Below, piece after piece: positions 26,997 to 36,975 of a stretch of 64,000 nucleotides of DNA. Below the pieces are notes generated by a model, which was not told the origin of the DNA, did no database searches, and was given only the letters and a program-made list of their open reading frames with translations. Source of the DNA: Polyangiaceae bacterium (GTDB lineage Bacteria; Myxococcota_A; Polyangia; Polyangiales; Polyangiaceae). Where the stretch lies: NCBI GenBank assembly GCA_965222375.1, contig CBDCTZ010000016.1, forward strand, positions 2,656,001 to 2,720,000, given 5' to 3'. The position numbers were made by a program, and so were the translations under genes. Position 1 is the stretch's first letter. The number at the start of each line of letters is the position of its first letter.

Positions 26997-29647
26997 GCGC
27001 GACGGGTGTCGTTGAGCTTGTCGACCAGGTCGAATGCCCCCGACTCCGTTGCCGTTTCAATGGCCTGATTGATGAACCCGATGGCCTCGTCCGAGCGTCG
27101 TCGACCGTGGGCGACGTGCGCGAGCCCACTGAGCACCCGGGCGCGATCCGCGCCGCTGGGGCCTGCGAAGTCCAGAGCTTCTCGCAGTACGCCCTCTGCG
27201 TCGGCGAAGTTGCCGCTGCGCGTCAGCGCCATGCCCAGCTTGCGCGCGAATATCAGTACCGCGCGCATGGGGTCATCGAGCTCTCCCCGCGCGATCTCTC
27301 GCCGCGCGACTTCTAGTCCGCGGCGCAACGCTTCAATTTCCGTGGCCACGTCACCCCGAGGCGATGCCCGGTCAGCAACCTGCTCCAACAAGAGCAGCGC
27401 TTGAAAGGAGTCGCCGCACTCGAAAGCGTGAATGGCCTTCGCTTCAAGGGGGGCCGAGCGTTCGTCTGCGTTGTGTAGCGCCCGTGAGTGTAGCTCCTTG
27501 CGAACCGCCGCGGGCAAGCCTGCTAGGACGATTTCCCGGAGAAGAGGGTGCGACGTCGAGGCTTGGCCATTGTCCCGGGTGATCATTCCGGCGCGTTCCA
27601 ACGCATCGAAGGCTGCGTCGAGATTCGAGTTGCCGGTGAGCAACTGCGCCACGCTTTCGGCGAACACTCGGTCGCCTAGCACAGCCAAAGCCTGCAAGGC
27701 GCGCCGCGGCTCGGGCTCCAGCGTGTCGATGCGCAAGGCGACGAGATCACCGAGCCTCGTGGGCGGATCCTGCCCGCCGTCCGACGCGAAGCGAGTCAGC
27801 TGCTCCACGTACATGGGCAAGACGCCCCGGCTGTCGCCGTCGCTCAAACTCGGGGAGCCCTGCACGCGGCGCAGCAGGCGGGACAGAGCCGGGGGAGGTA
27901 GGCCCGCCAACAATCGTGCGCCGTGACTCGAGCCCCAGCCAGACTCGAAGCCGGGCACATGGCTGCACACCACGAGCAAGTGCACTTCCGGGGGTTCACT
28001 CAAGGCATCTGCGAACGCAAACCGGCTGGGTGGGTCCACCCGGTGGAGTTCATCCACGCACAGTACGATTCGCTGCTTGGATTCCTGGGCTGCGGCGACC
28101 ATCAGTGCCCAGCGCAACGCTTCGGCCACAGCGAAGCGACGCTCAGCCGGTGTCCTCTCGTCACCCCCGCGGGCACGTCCAAACACATCTTCCAAGCCTC
28201 GCCGAGCTTCCGGCGAGACGTCCTTCAGGTCTTCGAGCTTGACCTGATCGTCGATGTTGGCGAGCCTCATGACTGCAGCCCGCACTGTGGAAAAGGCGAC
28301 TTCCGCCCAGAAAGGATCCGGGCCCACACGCACGACGTTGTCGCCATCCGCACTGGCTCGCTGGAGGAATTCTGCGAGTAGACGGGTCTTGCCGCTGCCC
28401 GGTTCGCCCACGACCCTAGCCCCGACGACTTGGTCGGCGGCTTGCCGGCGCCGGTCGTCCAGCCAGCTCAAATCGTCGTCCCGGCCTACAAAGGTGAGTG
28501 GGAATAGGGTGATGTCTGGGGATTGGCTGCGCACGGGCAGCCTCGCGCCACACTCGCAGCAGAAGCGCGCCACGGGCACGATCAGGTTGCAGGAAGGACA
28601 GGGGGTCGTCGTTCCCTGGACCAAGGACATCGGCGGGACCGAAGCGCTGCTATCCGGTGGACCGCTCTCCGCGAGGGTGAGTGCTTCCTTCAGAGCGTCA
28701 GCGAACTCGTGGGCGTCTTGGTAGCGTTCCTTGGCATCCTTCTTGAGGGACTGTAGGCAAACGTCCACTAGGGGATCCGGAATGTCTCGCTCAGGTGCGA
28801 CCTGTCGCGGATCAGGCACCGGGATGGAGAGGTGCATCATCACGACTTGCGTGGGACTGTCCGCTTCGAAGGGCAGCCGACCCGTGAGAAGTTGAAACAG
28901 GATCACGCCGACGGCGTACAAATCGCTGCGACCATCGATGGGATCGCCACGACCCTGCTCGGGCGCCATGTAATCTGGCGTTCCGCAAACGATCCCGGGG
29001 CTCGTGACGTTGGTGGCGTGGTCGTCGCCGGCTTTCAGCTTCGCCAGGCCGAAATCCACGACCTTTACGAAGTCGCCGCCGCGGCGCAGCGGCTCCAAGA
29101 TGACGTTCTCGGGCTTCAAGTCCCGATGCACGATTCCGAGGTCATGCGCTTCCCCCAAAGCGGCAAGGACTTGGCGCAACACGTCCACGATCCGCGAAAA
29201 CGGTAGCGGGCCCTCCTCCCAGGCAACTCGTGCGAGGTCTTTCCCCCGCAGGAACTCCATGACCAGGTAGGGTTGCTCATCGTCCGTCCGTCCAAAGTCG
29301 AAGACTGCAACGGAGTTCGGATGATTCAGCTGGCTGGCTGCTCGCGCTTCCGTCATGAAGCGCACGGCAGAATTCTCGTCCGCCAGAAGGTGGGGATGGA
29401 TGACTTTGACCGCGACCGTGCGCCCCAAGACGCTCTGCTCTGCCCGGTACACTCGACCCATTCCACCGACACTGATCAAATCGATCACGTGATAGCCGCC
29501 GGGCAGAGAGCGACCGATCAGCCGATCTTCCCCAGCCTTGCCTACGGTCCCCACCGGGAATCCGCACGCAGGGCAGTAGTGGTGCTCGGTGGAGCAAGAG
29601 GCCCCGCACTGCGGGCACGGTCTCACGGCTTCGGGAGAGCTAACCAT
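26984..29647 (-). CDS. Ser/Thr protein kinase with two zinc ribbons, P-loop ATPase and C-terminal helical repeats
   Basis: GGMGRVY, VAVK, HRDLKPEN, DFG, APE; CPQC/CPAC and CPSC/CCEC; GEPGSGKT, LCVDELH. Confidence 0.92.
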   Translation of the reverse strand: MVSSPEAVRPCPQCGASCSTEHHYCPACGFPVGTVGKAGEDRLIGRSLPGGYHVIDLISVGGMGRVYRAEQSVLGRTVAVKVIHPHLLADENSAVRFMTEARAASQLNHPNSVAVFDFGRTDDEQPYLVMEFLRGKDLARVAWEEGPLPFSRIVDVLRQVLAALGEAHDLGIVHRDLKPENVILEPLRRGGDFVKVVDFGLAKLKAGDDHATNVTSPGIVCGTPDYMAPEQGRGDPIDGRSDLYAVGVILFQLLTGRLPFEADSPTQVVMMHLSIPVPDPRQVAPERDIPDPLVDVCLQSLKKDAKERYQDAHEFADALKEALTLAESGPPDSSASVPPMSLVQGTTTPCPSCNLIVPVARFCCECGARLPVRSQSPDITLFPLTFVGRDDDLSWLDDRRRQAADQVVGARVVGEPGSGKTRLLAEFLQRASADGDNVVRVGPDPFWAEVAFSTVRAAVMRLANIDDQVKLEDLKDVSPEARRGLEDVFGRARGGDERTPAERRFAVAEALRWALMVAAAQESKQRIVLCVDELHRVDPPSRFAFADALSEPPEVHLLVVCSHVPGFESGWGSSHGARLLAGLPPPALSRLLRRVQGSPSLSDGDSRGVLPMYVEQLTRFASDGGQDPPTRLGDLVALRIDTLEPEPRRALQALAVLGDRVFAESVAQLLTGNSNLDAAFDALERAGMITRDNGQASTSHPLLREIVLAGLPAAVRKELHSRALHNADERSAPLEAKAIHAFECGDSFQALLLLEQVADRASPRGDVATEIEALRRGLEVARREIARGELDDPMRAVLIFARKLGMALTRSGNFADAEGVLREALDFAGPSGADRARVLSGLAHVAHGRRRSDEAIGFINQAIETATESGAFDLVDKLNDTRRAWAS

Positions 29648-29850
29648 TGACTTGGGTCACGTCGGCCCGTGGGCCGCCAGAGCGCAAGTATCAGGCGGAT
29701 CTATGCTGAAGAAAAGGCCTGGTGGGGGCCGAGGGTGGTCTGGTAGGGGCGAACGCTGGGGTCCACATCCGGCTGATGGCCTCGACGTTGGGCCGCGAAA
29801 CCCCCGAGTTTTTCGGGTGCCTCGCGGGATTGGGCTAGACTCCGGCGGTC

Positions 29851-30786
29851 ATGGCGGCGCCGCGAGTACTCCTCGGAGAAATGCTGGTTGAGGCGCAGAT
29901 CGTCAGCCGCCAGCAATTGGAGGAGGTGCTCAACCTCCAAAAAAAGGACGGTCGGCGCTTGGGCACCCTGTTGGTCGAGATGGGACTCGTCACGGAGACC
30001 CAGGTCACCCAAATCCTGAGCCAGCAGCTCAGCGTCCCTTGGGTCAGCCTCTACCACATTGACTTCTCCCGTCAGCTGCTCGACCTCGTGCCCCGGGAGG
30101 TCGCCGAGCGGCACTGCCTGGTCCCCATTTTCGTACGCCGGGTTCGAGGGCAGGGCAACACGCTCTACGTTGCCATGGACGATCCCGCGAACACGCAGGC
30201 TCAAGAGGAGGTGTCCTCCTTTGCAGGCCTGCCAGTTCGATCGATGATTGCGCCGCCTGCGGATATCCGTTCGGCAATTCGCGTCTACTACGGTGGTGAG
30301 CCGGCTGAGATTCTCGCGCCGGGGCCGACCAGTACCGCGACCGCTCCGGCGACGAGTCCAACGCCACCGCCGAAACCGAAGCCCGCGGCCGAGCCGGAAC
30401 CCAGCTCTCCCGTCGAGGCTCCAAGGCCACGAAGGGAAACCCCACCACCGGAGAGCGGGCCTGCGATTTCTGCTCGGGAGATCGAGATGCCGCGGCCCAA
30501 GCGCGGCGGCACTTCAAAGATGATCACCTTGACGTTGTTGGATGGGACGCAGGTCAACCTGCCGGCGCGAGGCGCCAAGAAGCAGGAAGCCAAGAGTGCC
30601 GACGATGTGTTGACGGCACGGGACTTGGTTGCGGCGCTGCGGGCCGTTTCTCACGGCGCGGACGCCAGCGAGATCCTCGGAGAGGACTTGCATTGGCAAG
30701 CAATGTTCGCAGCGCTACTCAGCGTCCTGCTTCGAAAGCACCTGATCGCCGATTGGGAGTTCGTCGAAGAATACAAGAAGATCTAG
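29851..30786 (+). CDS. Stand-alone MshEN (GspE N-terminal) domain protein
   Basis: LLGEMLVE...RRLGTLLVEMGLV...ILSQQ, LYVAMDDP; Pro-rich linker; no ATPase domain. Confidence 0.8.
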   Translation: MAAPRVLLGEMLVEAQIVSRQQLEEVLNLQKKDGRRLGTLLVEMGLVTETQVTQILSQQLSVPWVSLYHIDFSRQLLDLVPREVAERHCLVPIFVRRVRGQGNTLYVAMDDPANTQAQEEVSSFAGLPVRSMIAPPADIRSAIRVYYGGEPAEILAPGPTSTATAPATSPTPPPKPKPAAEPEPSSPVEAPRPRRETPPPESGPAISAREIEMPRPKRGGTSKMITLTLLDGTQVNLPARGAKKQEAKSADDVLTARDLVAALRAVSHGADASEILGEDLHWQAMFAALLSVLLRKHLIADWEFVEEYKKI

Positions 30787-30788
30787 CG

Positions 30789-31958
30789 CTACTTCTCGGT
30801 TTGACGCAGGGCGCCCGCGGCCTCGAGATCAAGCACTTCGCACTCGGAAAACCCGGCTTCTTTCAGGATCTGAGCGCTGTGTTCGCCGTGCTTGGGCGCC
30901 TGCTTCACCGGGGAATTCTTCGCGGTCACAGGTGTTCGGTACACGCCGACGCTTCCTTCAGCGAGTTGTAGATCCCGAAACAACTCTCGCGCCTTGACGT
31001 GGGCGTCGTTGCGCAGTTCGTCGGGGCGTAGGATTGGCTCCAAACAGCAGTCGTGCTCCGCGTTGAATGCTTCCCACTCCTCACGGGTGCGTGAAGCGAT
31101 TACGTTTGCGAAGCGTTGCTGGAGTTCGTCCTGATGCTCCCCGGGTAGAAGTGCCGTCATATCGACCTCCACGCCGACGGCCCCGCAGAACTTCAACAAG
31201 AACTTCGGTTCCAAAGCGCCCAGGGACATGAACTCGTCGTCCTTCGTGCGGTAGGTTTGGTAGGGAGCAATTCCGCCGGTCAGCAATTCCGCACCACGGA
31301 CGGGCGTTTCGCCACCGAGCAGCCGGCCAAACGGGATCGTGGCGAAGGGGATCACCGAATCGAACATGGCGATATCGAGCAACTGCCCGCGCCCGCTATT
31401 GTCCCGCTCTCGCAACGCCGCGAGAATCGCGATGACCGCCCACATGCCGCCGGACACGTCGGCGAGCTGGAATGCGGGCAGCGCCGGCTTGTCCGAAGCT
31501 GGGCCTTGCAACCCCAGTAGCCCGGCCCGGGCCATGTAGTTCAGATCGTGGCCGGCGCGATCCCTCAAGGGCCCGTCCTGACCGTAGCCCGTAAGCGCGC
31601 ACAGGATTAACCGCGGGTTGTCTTCGAGCAGTCCGTCGTGTCCCAGGCCGAGGCGGTCCATCACGCCAGGGCGGAACTGCTCGAATACGACGTCGTAAGA
31701 TGCCACCAGTTTTCGAAAGGCCTCTGAACCCTTGGGGTTCTTCAGATCCAGCGCGAGGCTGCGCTTGCCCCGATTCAGAATGTGAAAGGCCGCTCCCATC
31801 TCGTCCGCGACCGGTGGTGTATGGCGCAAATAGTCGCCTGCGCCGAGGTCCTCGACCTTGTCAATCTGAGCACCTAGATCCGCGAGCACCAAGGTGGCGA
31901 AGGGGCCCGGGAGCAGTCGGGTCAGATCGAGCACACGAACGCCGTCCAGTGCAGCCAT
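30789..31958 (-). CDS. CaiB/BaiF family III CoA-transferase
   Basis: LDGVRVLDLTRLLPGP, NRGKRSL.LDLK, FRPGVMDRLG, GHDLNY, LADVSGG. Confidence 0.93.
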   Translation of the reverse strand: MAALDGVRVLDLTRLLPGPFATLVLADLGAQIDKVEDLGAGDYLRHTPPVADEMGAAFHILNRGKRSLALDLKNPKGSEAFRKLVASYDVVFEQFRPGVMDRLGLGHDGLLEDNPRLILCALTGYGQDGPLRDRAGHDLNYMARAGLLGLQGPASDKPALPAFQLADVSGGMWAVIAILAALRERDNSGRGQLLDIAMFDSVIPFATIPFGRLLGGETPVRGAELLTGGIAPYQTYRTKDDEFMSLGALEPKFLLKFCGAVGVEVDMTALLPGEHQDELQQRFANVIASRTREEWEAFNAEHDCCLEPILRPDELRNDAHVKARELFRDLQLAEGSVGVYRTPVTAKNSPVKQAPKHGEHSAQILKEAGFSECEVLDLEAAGALRQTEK

Positions 31959-31966
31959 CTTCGTCC

Positions 31967-33463
31967 TCAGCGGCCCAGACGTGCGCGATGAGTTGCGACC
32001 CAAGGCGCCATAGCCGTGCCGCCTTGTGCCTGTTCGGGCTCCGCGGTCTGCGCGTTATGGAAGGCGAGCGTGGCCAACGCCATGGCGGCGGTGTTCAGTT
32101 CGCCAACATCTGTCGCGCCCTTGAGCAGGCTGTCCTTGTTGTTGTCGATGAAGCCGGTGTCATAGCGGCCGGCGATGAATTCGGGGTGCCGCATGAGTCG
32201 ATCGTGAAACGGCAGGTTTGTTGCGATCCCCCCGACCACGTACTCGGACAGCGCGCGACGCATGCGCTCCACCGCTCGCGGGCGATCCTGGGCCCACACA
32301 CAGAGTTTGGAGATCAACGGGTCGTAATTGGCGCTGATGGTGACGCCTCCGTAGGCCCCGCTGTCATCCCGAACCCCGGGCCCGCTGGGCGTGCGCAAGG
32401 TATGAATGAGACCTGGGCTGGGCAGGAAACCCGTGGCGGGGTCTTCGGCGTAGATGCGGCATTCGATGGCGGCTCCGCGGCGTTGTATCGCGGACTGCTC
32501 GAAGCCCAGGGGCTGGCCGTCGGCGATTCGCACCATTTCACGCACCAGATCCAACCCCGTAATCAGCTCCGTAATGGGGTGTTCCACCTGCAGGCGCGTG
32601 TTCATTTCCAGGAAGTAGAAGGACTGATCCTCTGCCATCAAGAACTCGAAAGTCCCTGCGGAGTAGTAGCCAACTGCTTGCGTGCCACGCACTGCCAACT
32701 GACCCATTCTCTCCACTGTTGCCGGCTCGATCGCGGGGCAAGGCGTTTCTTCGACGACTTTCTGATGGCGTCTCTGAATGCTGCAGTCGCGCTCGAAAAG
32801 GTGAACGGCATTCCCGTGTTGATCTGCCAGCACTTGGATCTCCACGTGCCGGGGTCGCACGATGGCTTTTTCCATGTAAACGGTGTCATCACCGAAGGCC
32901 TTCTTGGCTTCGCTACGGGCACGCTCGAGAGCAGCGGAAAGGTCTGCTTCGTCGTGCACGAGGCGCATGCCTTTGCCGCCGCCACCGGCGGTGGCTTTGA
33001 GCATGATCGGGTAGCCGATACGAGAGGCTGTCGCTTTGGCCTCTTCGACGGTGTCCGCGCTGCCCCCGGGCACGACGGGTACGCCAGCGGCTGCCATCTT
33101 CTCTCGGGCGGCAGTCTTGAGGCCCATTTCCCTCATGGCGCTGGCCGGAGGCCCGATGAAGGTGATACCTGCTGAGGCGCAGGCGTCCGGGAGTTCGGGA
33201 TTCTCCGATAGGAAGCCGTAGCCTGGGTTCAGGGCGTCGCAGCCCGCGCGCTTGGCCACGTCCAAGAGTTTGTCGATTCGGAGATAGCTCTCGGCGGCGG
33301 CGGCCGGTCCAATTGGGTAGGCCTCATCCGCCACGCGGACGTGGAGGGCATCTCGGTCGACGTCGCTGTAGACGGCAACCACGCCGATTCCCATTTCTCG
33401 GCACGTGCGTGCGATGCGTACGGCTATTTCCCCCCGATTTGCGATCAGCACCTTCTGGAGCAT
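31967..33463 (-). CDS. accC: Biotin carboxylase subunit of an acyl-CoA carboxylase
   Basis: ANRGEIA, PGYGFLSEN, GGGGKGM, ERDCSIQRRHQK, EMNTRLQVEH; exact acyl-CoA specificity unknown. Confidence 0.88.
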   Translation of the reverse strand: MLQKVLIANRGEIAVRIARTCREMGIGVVAVYSDVDRDALHVRVADEAYPIGPAAAAESYLRIDKLLDVAKRAGCDALNPGYGFLSENPELPDACASAGITFIGPPASAMREMGLKTAAREKMAAAGVPVVPGGSADTVEEAKATASRIGYPIMLKATAGGGGKGMRLVHDEADLSAALERARSEAKKAFGDDTVYMEKAIVRPRHVEIQVLADQHGNAVHLFERDCSIQRRHQKVVEETPCPAIEPATVERMGQLAVRGTQAVGYYSAGTFEFLMAEDQSFYFLEMNTRLQVEHPITELITGLDLVREMVRIADGQPLGFEQSAIQRRGAAIECRIYAEDPATGFLPSPGLIHTLRTPSGPGVRDDSGAYGGVTISANYDPLISKLCVWAQDRPRAVERMRRALSEYVVGGIATNLPFHDRLMRHPEFIAGRYDTGFIDNNKDSLLKGATDVGELNTAAMALATLAFHNAQTAEPEQAQGGTAMAPWVATHRARLGR

Positions 33464-33496
33464 GGCGCCCGGCTCATACCCTAAAACTGAGTCCGT

Positions 33497-34423
33497 TCAC
33501 AGCGTCAGAGCTTCGAATAACGCAGTCGAAGCGTAGCGTTCACCGCCATCTGGGAGCACCACGACGACCCGCTTGCCCTGCCCGTCCTTTTCTGAGGCGA
33601 TCTGCAGGGTCGCCGCCAGCGCTGCGCCGCTCGAGATACCGGCTAGAATGCCTTCTGTGCGGGCGAGCCGCCGCGCCGCCGCCAGCGCAGACTTTTCGCT
33701 CACTACGACAATGCGATCGATCACCCCGCGATCCAAGACCTGGGGAACGAAGCCCGCGCCGATGCCCTGAAGGTGATGCCCGGTCGCGCTCTGGCCACTG
33801 AGCACCGCTGCCCCCTCGGGTTCGACGCCAACCACCTTTGCGCCCGGCGCACGGCACCTCAAGACGCGGCCCACCCCGGTCACCGTGCCTCCGGTGCCGA
33901 TACCGGCGACGAAGTAGTCTAGTTGGTCATCGGTATCAGCCAGGATTTCTTCGGCGGTGGTGCGCTCGTGAGCCAAGGGGTTTGCGGGGTTTTCGAATTG
34001 GCCCAGGAGCACCGACCCCGGCGTGCTTTGAGCGAGCAACTGAGCTTGCTCCACGGCGGGTTGCATGAGGGTGCCACGGGTCAGCACGACTTCCGCGCCA
34101 TAGCCCCGAAGCAACTGAACTCGTTCGCGACTCATTGCTTCTGGCATTGTGAGGATGAGCTTGTAGCCCCGGGCTGCGGCCATCATCGCAAGGGCAATGC
34201 CGGTGTTGCCGCTCGTGGGCTCGATCAGGGTCGCGCCGGCTTTGAGACGTCCGTCTTTCTCGGCGTCGTCGACCATTGCTCGGGCAATGCGGTCCTTGAC
34301 GCTGCCCGCGGGGTTTACGCCTTCCAGTTTTGCGAGGAGTGTTGCTCCCACCTCAGCTGAAAGCCGCGAAAGCGAGATCAGAGGCGTGCCGCCGATTACC
34401 TCGGCAATGCTCGAGAGCAACAT
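33497..34423 (-). CDS. cysK: Cysteine synthase
   Basis: NPAGSVKDR (PLP Lys), EPTSGNTG, GIGTGGT, QGIGAGF, GISSGA. Confidence 0.93.
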   Translation of the reverse strand: MLLSSIAEVIGGTPLISLSRLSAEVGATLLAKLEGVNPAGSVKDRIARAMVDDAEKDGRLKAGATLIEPTSGNTGIALAMMAAARGYKLILTMPEAMSRERVQLLRGYGAEVVLTRGTLMQPAVEQAQLLAQSTPGSVLLGQFENPANPLAHERTTAEEILADTDDQLDYFVAGIGTGGTVTGVGRVLRCRAPGAKVVGVEPEGAAVLSGQSATGHHLQGIGAGFVPQVLDRGVIDRIVVVSEKSALAAARRLARTEGILAGISSGAALAATLQIASEKDGQGKRVVVVLPDGGERYASTALFEALTL

Positions 34424-34433
34424 GCCAAGATCG

Positions 34434-35330
34434 TTACCAGAACTGCGTCGCGAAATCGTACACGATGGTGACCAGCGTCCCGAGGATCAGCCACGAGAGG
34501 CCCGTACGCAGTAGGCGTGGCGGGAGCTTCGCTGTTGCCAAGGCTCCTACCTGGGCGCTCAGGCTAGCGCCCACCGCCAACACCATGGCCAGCCCCAGGT
34601 GTACGTTGCCTTGGTAAGCATGAAACACGGTGCCCGATGCGCTCGTTACGAGCAGAACCACGATGCCCGTTCCGGCTGCCTGGCGCAGCGGGAAGCCAAA
34701 CCCAAATAGGAGTGCGGGCATCAGCGCAATGCCACCGCCCACTCCCAGCAGGCCGCTGAGGAACCCGAGGCCGAGGCCGACATAGGCCACGGCGATGGCG
34801 GACACGCGGCTCAGTGGAACGCGAGGGAAGTCGACGTAGGGAGGTAGCGGGATGCGCGCCAGGGGGCCTCGGCGAACGTAGCTGAGGGCTTCTACCCGCG
34901 TGCTGGCGCGCTTCACCAACGCGCCGCCGCTGCCCAAAAGAAAGACTGCGTAAGCGCCGTACAAAACCAGAACGACCCACGGCAGTGTCGTGCCCCAAAG
35001 TTCGACGTTGCCTGCTCCAGCCAGCACCTCGACTGTTTTCGCACCGGCGAAGGCGCCCACGATGCTCGGCAGCAGCATGAGCCAGTCGAAGCGCAGTTCA
35101 CCCTGGCCCAGGCGTTGATGCCGCAGCACGGATACGGTGGCAGTGCCCACCATTTGGCACAGCCCGCTTCCAACTGCGATGGGCAGTGGCACTCCGAGCA
35201 CGGTCGCCAGCAGTGGGGTCAACACGAAACCGCCTCCGACCCCGAACATGCCTGCGACTATTCCGACCAGGATGCCGAGCCCAGCGAGAGCGAGGATGCT
35301 CACGGGCTCTCCCGCAACGTCGAGGTACAT
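34434..35330 (-). CDS. TauE/SafE family sulfite exporter-like membrane protein
   Basis: Duplicated GMFGVGGG / GLLGVGGG halves with multiple TM helices. Confidence 0.85.
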   Translation of the reverse strand: MYLDVAGEPVSILALAGLGILVGIVAGMFGVGGGFVLTPLLATVLGVPLPIAVGSGLCQMVGTATVSVLRHQRLGQGELRFDWLMLLPSIVGAFAGAKTVEVLAGAGNVELWGTTLPWVVLVLYGAYAVFLLGSGGALVKRASTRVEALSYVRRGPLARIPLPPYVDFPRVPLSRVSAIAVAYVGLGLGFLSGLLGVGGGIALMPALLFGFGFPLRQAAGTGIVVLLVTSASGTVFHAYQGNVHLGLAMVLAVGASLSAQVGALATAKLPPRLLRTGLSWLILGTLVTIVYDFATQFW

Positions 35331-35335
35331 GGCGC

Positions 35336-35485
35336 TCAGATCGAATAGTCGATGGGCGGAGGTCGGTTTTCGAGGCTCTTGCCTTGGCGTCGGCGCTGCC
35401 ACCAACCAAACGCGAAGTACATCAGAACGCCCCAGATCGCCGGAACGAGCACGCAGGCGGCGATGTACAGCCAGCCCTGGCTCAC
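35336..35485 (-). CDS. 49-aa single/double-TM microprotein not in the ORF track
   Basis: GTG...TGA: VSQGWLYIAACVLVPAIWGVLMYFAFGWWQRRRQGKSLENRPPPIDYSI; stop 5 nt before the TauE ATG. Confidence 0.6.
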   Translation of the reverse strand: MSQGWLYIAACVLVPAIWGVLMYFAFGWWQRRRQGKSLENRPPPIDYSI

Positions 35486-35628
35486 CCGAGTTGTCCCTTC
35501 GGCCTCATTGCCACCACGAGTTCTAGCGTCTTTTTCGGCCGCTTGAACACGCTGTTTTGAGCGGGACGGGGATCGGCTGAAAGCTCTGGCGAGCCATGGC
35601 CGAAAGCTGCGCTATAAGCCGCGCGGGG

Positions 35629-36975
35629 ATGAGCACAGAAGAGGTCATTGGCGTTGCCGAACTCGATAGGCGTTTGCGCCGCGCGGTCGAGCGCGCCACG
35701 AACCAGACCTGGGTGGAAGGGGAAATTGGCTCGCTGCGCTTGGCGGCGAGTGGTCATGCCTATTTCGTTCTGAAAGACGAGCAAGAGGACGCGGTCATCG
35801 ACTGCGTCCTGTATCGAATGGACGCTGGTCGAGCGCGCAAGCACCTGACCGATGGTGCGCGCGTGCAGATCGCGGGTCGCGCAACAGTTTGGGCGCCTCG
35901 TGGCCGGCTGCAATGGGTCGGTTCCCGGGTGCGCCCGGCAGGGCGTGGTGCGCTTCTCGAAGCCCTCGAACGTCTCAAAGAGCGGTTGAAGCTGGAAGGG
36001 CTCTTTGACGAGGAACGCAAGCGCACTCTGCCGTCTCAGCCCCGAGCCGTGGGTGTGGTGACCAGTTCGTCGGGAGCTGCCTTTCACGACATTCGAAGTG
36101 TTGCTTTCCGACGCGGAGGCGCTCACCTCATTCTGTCGCCGGCGCAGGTACAGGGAGACGGTGCGGTCAGAAGCTTGCTGGAAGCCCTCGACCTGATCGA
36201 GCACCACCCCGGCGTCGACGTCGTGATCGTGGGTCGTGGGGGTGGTTCCTTCGAGGACCTGATGGCCTTCAATGACGAGCGCCTGGTGCGGCGGTTGGCC
36301 CAGTTCCGATTGCCCGTGGTGAGTGCGGTCGGCCACGAAATCGACTCTACACTTTCGGATCTGGTTGCGGATGCGCGCGCCGCTACGCCGTCTCAGGCAG
36401 CCGAGTTGGTCATCCCGGATGGGTTGGCGCAACAGAAGTTGCTTTCGAAAACAACTCGGCAGCTTGCGCGCGCGGTGTCTGCGTCGATCTCAAGCCAGCG
36501 CGCGAATGTCGTGCGTCGGGAACGGCGCCTCGCCGACCCCCGCTTCTTGATCGCGCAGCGCCAGCAGAGCTTGGACGAGCGAAGCCACGCGCTGGAAATC
36601 GCCGAGGTACGTAGCCTGCGCCGGCGTCGCGGCGCGGTGGAGGCCCTAGGTGGGCGTCTGGCTGCGCGGCATCCGCGTGCCGTCTTGGCCGAGGGCAGGG
36701 GGCGACTGGCCCCACTGTCGGAGCGGCTATCGTCCGTGACGCGACTCAAGCTAGAACAACTGCGCACTGGATTGGCCAGTAGCGTCGCGCAGCTTCATGG
36801 GATGAGCCCGCTGTCGGTGCTGAGCCGGGGCTACGCTATCGCCACGGATGAGCGGCAGCGTGCTGTTCGGGACGCCTCCCCGCTGGAGGTCGGCCAGACG
36901 GTGAGCGTTCGAGTGCATCGGGGCGACTTTGACGCTCGGGTCACGCGGGTGAGGAAACCACGAGGTCACGAATGA
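35629..36975 (+). CDS. xseA: Exodeoxyribonuclease VII large subunit
   Basis: WVEGEI, SGHAYF.LKD, GVVTS..GAA..D, VQG, GRGGGS.EDL, SAVGHEID, TPSQAAE. Confidence 0.95.
   Translation: MSTEEVIGVAELDRRLRRAVERATNQTWVEGEIGSLRLAASGHAYFVLKDEQEDAVIDCVLYRMDAGRARKHLTDGARVQIAGRATVWAPRGRLQWVGSRVRPAGRGALLEALERLKERLKLEGLFDEERKRTLPSQPRAVGVVTSSSGAAFHDIRSVAFRRGGAHLILSPAQVQGDGAVRSLLEALDLIEHHPGVDVVIVGRGGGSFEDLMAFNDERLVRRLAQFRLPVVSAVGHEIDSTLSDLVADARAATPSQAAELVIPDGLAQQKLLSKTTRQLARAVSASISSQRANVVRRERRLADPRFLIAQRQQSLDERSHALEIAEVRSLRRRRGAVEALGGRLAARHPRAVLAEGRGRLAPLSERLSSVTRLKLEQLRTGLASSVAQLHGMSPLSVLSRGYAIATDERQRAVRDASPLEVGQTVSVRVHRGDFDARVTRVRKPRGHE

Noticed and set aside
35629..36975. xseA without adjacent xseB, and hflKC without ftsH
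   Set aside because: These genes are commonly unlinked.
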